Below, piece by piece: positions 58,137 to 64,000 of a stretch of DNA of 64,000 nt. The stretch is from positions 1-64,000 of IMG/VR virus record IMGVR_UViG_3300027760_000553. The stretch is one strand, 5' to 3'. The DNA is from a virus (taxonomy: Duplodnaviria; Caudoviricetes). The notes beneath the pieces were generated by a model. That model saw nothing but the letters and a program-made list of their open reading frames with translations. It ran no database searches and was not told the origin of the DNA. A program made the translations under genes and the position numbers. Numbering within the stretch: the first letter of the stretch is position 1; each line of letters starts with the position of its first letter.

Positions 58137-58767
58137 TTGTTTCTATCTGACTGTCAATACCAGTGTCCATCATTAAAGCACGAGTTCTTTTTTCTAATAT
58201 CGCTACATGATTTTCTTGAAGAGGTCTATCATTTTTATATGCAAGATGACAAAACATCATATCAATTTTTGTATCTTGTCCTATACGTTTATCTTCTCTC
58301 CAGTGCATCTGTTGGCTTCCCGCAAAGATCAAAGCATCATTGTAGTTTAGATTGTATTGATTACCCTCTACTATAATTCCCCAATTTTCATTTGACTCTA
58401 GTTGAATATCACAAGTTATTCTTTGTGATTTTTTTGTATCATAATGTGGAAACAATTTGCACTTATAGCCATATTCTTCTGAGTATCTAGCAAAAGAGTA
58501 TTCCGCCATAATCATTTCTTCACCAACTATTTGCGATACTCTTTTTTCTATTTGCGAAATAACATCCTTTGAAAATTTGGTATGATAGGCTTTATGCCCA
58601 GCCCAAGGCTGAGTTATTGTTTGGGAGTCATCTGTTTGAGCAACCTTATAGTATATTTCTGCAATATGCTCATCAGATAAAATGTTTTCAATTTGTACAA
58701 CAGGAAAATCTTGATTGTCAATAAAGTCTTCTGCTTTTGTTTTTGTATACATAGGAAAATTATTCAT
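58120..58767 (-). CDS. 2OG-Fe(II) oxygenase-like protein (HWR subfamily)
   Basis: PHYD...QMHWR. Confidence 0.7.
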   Translation of the reverse strand: MNNFPMYTKTKAEDFIDNQDFPVVQIENILSDEHIAEIYYKVAQTDDSQTITQPWAGHKAYHTKFSKDVISQIEKRVSQIVGEEMIMAEYSFARYSEEYGYKCKLFPHYDTKKSQRITCDIQLESNENWGIIVEGNQYNLNYNDALIFAGSQQMHWREDKRIGQDTKIDMMFCHLAYKNDRPLQENHVAILEKRTRALMMDTGIDSQIETNDRKE

Positions 58768-58937
58768 AGTACTATTATACCTCAAAATCTTTTTTAGTTT
58801 TTTTGCCTAAATATACAGTAGTTAGGTGCTTATCCTTACACATCCAAGTCAATGTTTTTGTTTCAGCATAACATCTTAATGTTGGCACTGTAGTTTTACA
58901 TGTGTGACAAATCCATTGACCGTGATAAACAGTATAA

Positions 58938-59948
58938 CTAGCCATTTAGTTTTGACTTAATTGATTCTTGCAAGTCAAGGTCCTCTCTAACACGATTAAC
59001 AAATGCTTCCTTACCTTGAACTTTTGTACCATCAGGAAGTATATACCAAGCACCTGTGCGTTCTACAATACCATTTAGTTCAGCAGTAGTAACAAGATCA
59101 CCGATGGTGTCAAGACCAATATCATCACCTCTAAAATAAAAATCATACTCACCAGATTGAAACCCTGGAGAGGTTTTAGAGAATTGTAATTCCCAACGAA
59201 TAGTTCTGCCAACTTTTTCTTCAATTAATTTATCTCCTACCTTGATCTTGCCTTTAATTGCTTGATTGTCTGACTCTGAAGAAAAGAGTTTAACAATACA
59301 TGAGGAATAAAACTTAGTAGCCTGACCACCAGAAGGCTGCTGACTAGTATACATAGCATTAATATTATTACGAGACTGGCTAATAAGCACAAGCAGAGTA
59401 GGCTTAACTTTATTATTAGCATAGTTAAGCATTTTCCATGCATTGCTAAAGTCACGGGATTCTGCTCCAATTTGTTTTGTATTTTCCAAAGCCTTCATTT
59501 CATCAGTATCTTTTTCAAAATAGATTGCAGGAAGCATTGATGTAATAGAGTCTACCACTATTATATCAACTCCTGCATTCATTAACCCAACACCAACATC
59601 TACCATATCACTGATAGTTCTTGCTTGTGAGTAAATAAGTTTTTCTGGATCTACCCCTAAAGACCTAGCCCAATCTTCAGAGTATGACATCTCTGAATCA
59701 ATCCAGGCACACAACTTTCCTTCTGCTTGTGCTAGGGCAATCATTTGAAGGCACATAGAGGACTTTGCAGATGACTTTGAACCCCAGATAAGAACTTGTC
59801 TACCATAAGGAAGTCCACCTCCTAGAGCACGGTTTAAACCATAACTTGGGGTAGGCTGGTATTCATAGTTTACTCCTACTCCTGTTCCTAGTTTTTTTCT
59901 TAACTTTGGATCAAGTTGAGCCATTGCCTCTTCAACACTAACTGACAT
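58938..59948 (-). CDS. recA: RecA/UvsX recombinase
   Basis: LGGGLPYGR; WIDSE; IVVDSI; GGQATKFYSS. Confidence 0.9.
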   Translation of the reverse strand: MSVSVEEAMAQLDPKLRKKLGTGVGVNYEYQPTPSYGLNRALGGGLPYGRQVLIWGSKSSAKSSMCLQMIALAQAEGKLCAWIDSEMSYSEDWARSLGVDPEKLIYSQARTISDMVDVGVGLMNAGVDIIVVDSITSMLPAIYFEKDTDEMKALENTKQIGAESRDFSNAWKMLNYANNKVKPTLLVLISQSRNNINAMYTSQQPSGGQATKFYSSCIVKLFSSESDNQAIKGKIKVGDKLIEEKVGRTIRWELQFSKTSPGFQSGEYDFYFRGDDIGLDTIGDLVTTAELNGIVERTGAWYILPDGTKVQGKEAFVNRVREDLDLQESIKSKLNG

Positions 59949-62900
59949 TTATATCCTCCAATATAACGGTTCCATCTTTTGTTTTTCCTAGTTCAAATCT
60001 ATAAGCATTTCCTTCTTCAATTTTCATATATGCCTTTGCAAAAGATGTTGGGAATACAGTTATTGAGTGAAGATCTCTTGCTGTATCTGCAACTGTTAAA
60101 GATGCCATCTTTTTTCCAGCCTTTGTAACTCTTGGTTTAAATGATAAAACAAACATTTCGTTATCTTTGTACGGCAATTGCTTGTAATTTAAAAATTTAA
60201 CAAGACCAGATGTTGAACCTTTTATTTGATCGATAGGGATAGCAGAAAGAATCCGATTATCATTAACAAGAATGAGATACGATACGCCTGCTTCAATAGT
60301 TGTTTGCTCTTCATCAAAAATTCCTACACTTCCTGTTTTATCTAATAGTTCTACTCTTGACCAACCTTTTGCTCTTTTAATAGATTTTACCATACCCATT
60401 ACAATCAAAGAACCCTTTTCTTCATAATCCTGAGCCTCTGTTATAAAGCCGTAATAATGAGATGGAACCGTAATATTAAATTCTGGTAGGTTTAAATATT
60501 CGTAGAGATTTTGTTTAATCTCTTCGTCATTTCTTGGATTATCACTAAATGTCGCTGCGCCAATAACTCGTAATGCTTGAAGAGCACGAGAGTTAACTCC
60601 ATTTCCTTTAGTAAAAGTAAACTCTTCAAGTTGAGCATACGAAGAGAAAGGTCTTGCAGAAATGTAACGTTCTGCAATTTTATCGGAAATATACTTAATA
60701 GCAGTAAGACCAAATCTAATACCCTTGCCTTCAATTTTAAAATCAATATCTGAGTCATTGATGTGAGGTAGTTTAATGCTAATGCCCATTCTTTTTGCCT
60801 CAATAAGGTATTCAGTTCTTGCATCTTTGTCCTTTTCATTCTTTAGTAGTGAGTACATAAACTCTAATGGGTAGTGATACTTAAGCCATGCTGTCCAATA
60901 AGATAATGTTGAGTATGCCACTGCATGTGACTTGTTGAATGAGTACCCTGCGTGAGCCTCAAAGTCATGCCAAAGATCACGAGCAGTATTAGGAGCAACA
61001 AAGCGGGAAGCACCCTCAACGAACCTATCTTTAAATACATCAAACTCTTTAGCATCTTTTTTCTTTCCAATGATCTTTCTAACTTTATCTGCTTCCGACA
61101 TGGACATACCGCCAAGCGATACGCATGCTTGCATAACCTGTTCCTGATAAAGAATGCAACCATATGTGTCCTCCGTAAACTCTTTTAGTACTTGGTGAGT
61201 ATACCCAATATTTTGACGACCATGCTTACGCTCAATATAATCTTTTCCAATTGTGTTCATTGCACCTGGACGAACTAGGGCGTTTGAGGCAGCAAGTTCT
61301 GAAAGATTTTTGACACCCATCTTTATTAGAAGATTTGTATATGGTGCTGCTTCACACTGAAACACACCTTTGGTATATCCATCTGAAAGCATTTGATAAA
61401 CATTCTTATCATCCATATCAATCTTAAGTAGGTCAATTTTCTTATTGTCTCGCTCCTCAATAATATCAAGCGTGTCCTTAAGAACTGAAAGAGTCTTTAG
61501 TCCAAGTGCATCAATCTTGATAAGGCCAATCTTTTCAGCCTCTTCCATGTCAACTGCAACAACAGGAATACGCTCATCGCTACCAGTAGAAGAGCGTGTC
61601 TCCATTGGTGCGTACCTAAAAATAGGATCTTTACTAGTGACAACACCAGCAGCGTGAATGCCAGTGCCCCTAATACGACCACGAAGTTGTTCTCCATAAA
61701 TTTCTACCTCTGGATATTTCTCACGGAATTCCCGTGTTGTCTTTGAACCACAATATTCATCCCAAGTATCAACCATCTTTAAAACCTTGTTGACATCTGT
61801 AAGAGGAATATTTAATACTCGTGCAATATCTCTTACAACACCCTTGTCTTTAAAAGAAAGAAAAGTAGCAATAGATGCAACATGTCGATACTGTCTAACT
61901 AAATAGTCTTTTACTTCTTCACGGCGAGAGTCTTGAATATCAGTATCAATATCAGGAAAGTCATTTCTGTCTGGATTAATAAAACGGAAAAACAGAAGTC
62001 CATGTTTGATTGGATCAATGTCCGTAATTCTTAATGCATAGCAGAGCAATGAACCTGCTGCAGATCCACGACCTGGACCAACCATGATTCCTTCTTTTTT
62101 TGCCCATGCAATCATATTTCGTACAACCAAAAAGTATGGTGCAAACTTTTTATCTTTAATTACTTGTAACTCTTCATCAAGTCTATCCAAATACTCTTGA
62201 CCATCTACACCACGCTCAGTTAATCCAGCAAGTGCAAGTTCTTTTAATTCTTTATCTGGATTCTTATATTGTACTGGAAGCAGGTCTAATCCTTCTTGAA
62301 TTCCATAGTCACCAACTTTTTCAGCAACCTCTAAAGTATTTTTATAAATGTCTGGACGGTCAATACCCTGTGCCTCCATAGCAGACTTCATTTCTTCATA
62401 AGAAAGCAAATGAATATCAAACTTGTTAAATGTTATCTGACGATCCTCACCATAAAGATAGTCAAGTCTTTTCATCATGTCTGAGTGCTTCTTGGATTTT
62501 TCAAAAGTATGCTCTTTGTCAATCTTAACATGTGTATTAAGTAGCAACTTAAACTCTTGAATTTCTTTTTGATCTGTTGAACTATGATGACAGTCTGGAG
62601 TTACAACAACCTTTACACCAAACTCATCGGCTAATTGAATTAATTGTTTATTTATCTCTGCCTCATTATGGGGCATGACTTCAATATAGTAGTCATCATT
62701 GAAGACACGCTTAAACCATTGAATATAATCTTTTGCTATAGCAAATTCATTATTCTCAAGTGCTTTTACCAATACACTGCTTGGACATGCAGATGTTACT
62801 ATAATTCCTTCAGAATATTTTTCAAGAATTTCAAAGTCAAACCTTGGTTTCTTAAAGTATCCTTCTGTCCAAGATATCTCACTAATCTTATTTAAATTCT

Positions 62901-63210
62901 CTAAACCAATTTGATTCTTGGCGAGAAGAACTATATGGTTGTAGACTAGATCTAGATCTCCATCTCTTTCAGACTTATCTCTAGTATCAAATCTATCTTT
63001 ACACATATAGCCTTCTACGCCAAGTATAGGCTTAATACCCTTTGCTTTTGCAATACGGTGCAGTTCCCTATGCCCAGATAAAGTACCGTGATCAGTGATG
63101 GCTATTGCTGGCATCCCTAACTCAACTGCACGGTCAATGTATTCTTCTGGAGTAGCAATCCCGTCAAATAACGAGTAGTGGGTATGTACGTGTAAGCCTA
63201 CGTAAGACAT
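59938..63210 (-). CDS. dnaE: DNA polymerase III alpha subunit
   Basis: PHP domain HVHTHYSLFDG/ITDHG; GPGRGSAAGS; PDIDTD; YSFNKSH. Confidence 0.95.
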   Translation of the reverse strand: MSYVGLHVHTHYSLFDGIATPEEYIDRAVELGMPAIAITDHGTLSGHRELHRIAKAKGIKPILGVEGYMCKDRFDTRDKSERDGDLDLVYNHIVLLAKNQIGLENLNKISEISWTEGYFKKPRFDFEILEKYSEGIIVTSACPSSVLVKALENNEFAIAKDYIQWFKRVFNDDYYIEVMPHNEAEINKQLIQLADEFGVKVVVTPDCHHSSTDQKEIQEFKLLLNTHVKIDKEHTFEKSKKHSDMMKRLDYLYGEDRQITFNKFDIHLLSYEEMKSAMEAQGIDRPDIYKNTLEVAEKVGDYGIQEGLDLLPVQYKNPDKELKELALAGLTERGVDGQEYLDRLDEELQVIKDKKFAPYFLVVRNMIAWAKKEGIMVGPGRGSAAGSLLCYALRITDIDPIKHGLLFFRFINPDRNDFPDIDTDIQDSRREEVKDYLVRQYRHVASIATFLSFKDKGVVRDIARVLNIPLTDVNKVLKMVDTWDEYCGSKTTREFREKYPEVEIYGEQLRGRIRGTGIHAAGVVTSKDPIFRYAPMETRSSTGSDERIPVVAVDMEEAEKIGLIKIDALGLKTLSVLKDTLDIIEERDNKKIDLLKIDMDDKNVYQMLSDGYTKGVFQCEAAPYTNLLIKMGVKNLSELAASNALVRPGAMNTIGKDYIERKHGRQNIGYTHQVLKEFTEDTYGCILYQEQVMQACVSLGGMSMSEADKVRKIIGKKKDAKEFDVFKDRFVEGASRFVAPNTARDLWHDFEAHAGYSFNKSHAVAYSTLSYWTAWLKYHYPLEFMYSLLKNEKDKDARTEYLIEAKRMGISIKLPHINDSDIDFKIEGKGIRFGLTAIKYISDKIAERYISARPFSSYAQLEEFTFTKGNGVNSRALQALRVIGAATFSDNPRNDEEIKQNLYEYLNLPEFNITVPSHYYGFITEAQDYEEKGSLIVMGMVKSIKRAKGWSRVELLDKTGSVGIFDEEQTTIEAGVSYLILVNDNRILSAIPIDQIKGSTSGLVKFLNYKQLPYKDNEMFVLSFKPRVTKAGKKMASLTVADTARDLHSITVFPTSFAKAYMKIEEGNAYRFELGKTKDGTVILEDINVS

Positions 63211-63213
63211 CTA

Positions 63214-63867
63214 TTACCAGTCGATGTTGGTGCTGGTAACAGAAGGTGTGTCAAATCCAAAGTAGAACGCTTCTTGCTCTGGATATGGAACCTCACGAAC
63301 AACCTTTTCTAGGTTGAAGAATTCAAAGCCATCCCAATTGAATGGCTCTGCATCTGGCTTTGATGGTAGAAGTGTGTAATTAGTTTCAGTTCCCTGACCA
63401 TTACGCTTTAACTTCCACTCAAGATTAGAGATGCTACCTGTATCAAGAGCATACTCACGAATGTTATTAAATGCTGATTGCTTTGAAATTCCTTGTGACC
63501 AAACAGCAATATATGGATCTTCAAGTCCATCGTTGATTAGTACATTGCAGTAAAAACGAAGTCGTGCTCTCCAGCCTGACTTTGGTTCTTTACGTGCCAT
63601 CTCACAACCGAAACAACGACCTTCTGATTCTTGTGTACAAGCAGCCTTACGCTTGTAGTCCTTTGGATTTGTGTGTTCTGAAACTACTACAGAAAGGCCA
63701 CGGGCTTCTGAATAGTTTGCTGAGTCCTGGTCTAGTTCTTCAACAAAACGAACTTTTCCTGATTGTCCGTCAGCCAACTTAACCCAACGAACCTTTTGTC
63801 CTGTTCCTTCATACTTTGGTTTTTCGAGCAGGGCGTTGATATCTTTTAATCCCTTAATTACGCTCAT
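63214..63867 (-). CDS. gp32-like single-stranded DNA-binding protein
   Basis: His/Cys zinc motif; KLKRNGQGTETNY; acidic/aromatic C-terminus; replication context. Confidence 0.65.
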   Translation of the reverse strand: MSVIKGLKDINALLEKPKYEGTGQKVRWVKLADGQSGKVRFVEELDQDSANYSEARGLSVVVSEHTNPKDYKRKAACTQESEGRCFGCEMARKEPKSGWRARLRFYCNVLINDGLEDPYIAVWSQGISKQSAFNNIREYALDTGSISNLEWKLKRNGQGTETNYTLLPSKPDAEPFNWDGFEFFNLEKVVREVPYPEQEAFYFGFDTPSVTSTNIDW

Positions 63868-63890
63868 ATATTTCTCCTTTGTTTGTTATA

Positions 63891-64000
63891 TTAGTTTAGC
63901 ATAGAGATAATGTCTTTGTCAAATGAAACTTCCAATTTCTTGATATCTTCATCTGACATATCACCAATATCTTTATATTCTTTATTTAATTGTATAACGG
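63891..64000 (-). CDS. 3' end of a probable primase (TOPRIM) gene, partial
   Basis: VIQLNKEYKDIGDMSDEDI...; context. Confidence 0.5.
   Translation of the reverse strand, partial: VIQLNKEYKDIGDMSDEDIKKLEVSFDKDIISMLN

Noticed and set aside
59938-63210. Intein or intron in dnaE (also checked recA and terL)
   Set aside because: Lengths are ordinary, and I saw no intein splice or homing-endonuclease motifs
1-64000. Stop-codon reassignment, DGR or retron
   Set aside because: Core genes are intact under the standard code, and no reverse transcriptase or TR/VR pair was seen

Overview
This 64-kb window comes from a large, AT-rich tailed dsDNA phage whose host is very probably a low-GC actinobacterium, such as a freshwater Nanopelagicales/acI-like lineage. 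The host call is an inference from the WhiB gene, PASTA domains, pervasive leaderless TANNNT-N6/7-ATG genes and the DnaE/RecA/Cas4/RuvC replication block. Layout: (1) 1-4.6 kb, minus-strand virion and tail accessory genes; (2) about 6.8-21.7 kb, an early-type region of tiny, often paralogous ORFs arranged in repeated promoter modules; (3) about 21.8-51.5 kb, an accessory region with tRNAs, 2OG-Fe(II) oxygenases, sulfotransferase-like, SGNH-like, methyl-, carbamoyl- and glycosyltransferase-like genes, CysC, Dps, WhiB, a CHAP lysin, RsmI and secreted surface proteins; (4) 51.5-64 kb, terminase and the replication/recombination block. The strongest unexplained signals are four. First, six copies of a covarying ~28-nt H-type RNA pseudoknot: five sit just after stop codons and one ends a stand-alone small RNA. 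Second, modular early promoters packed with CRP/GlxR-type, DnaA-type, GACAC and GGCCAGC boxes, plus a fixed ATGTCAG spacer element. Third, a candidate hydroxyproline/glycan decoration pathway that could act on the phage's own Pro/Thr-rich proteins. Fourth, an iteron-like putative origin. All protein calls come from motif recognition by eye; no database search was run.
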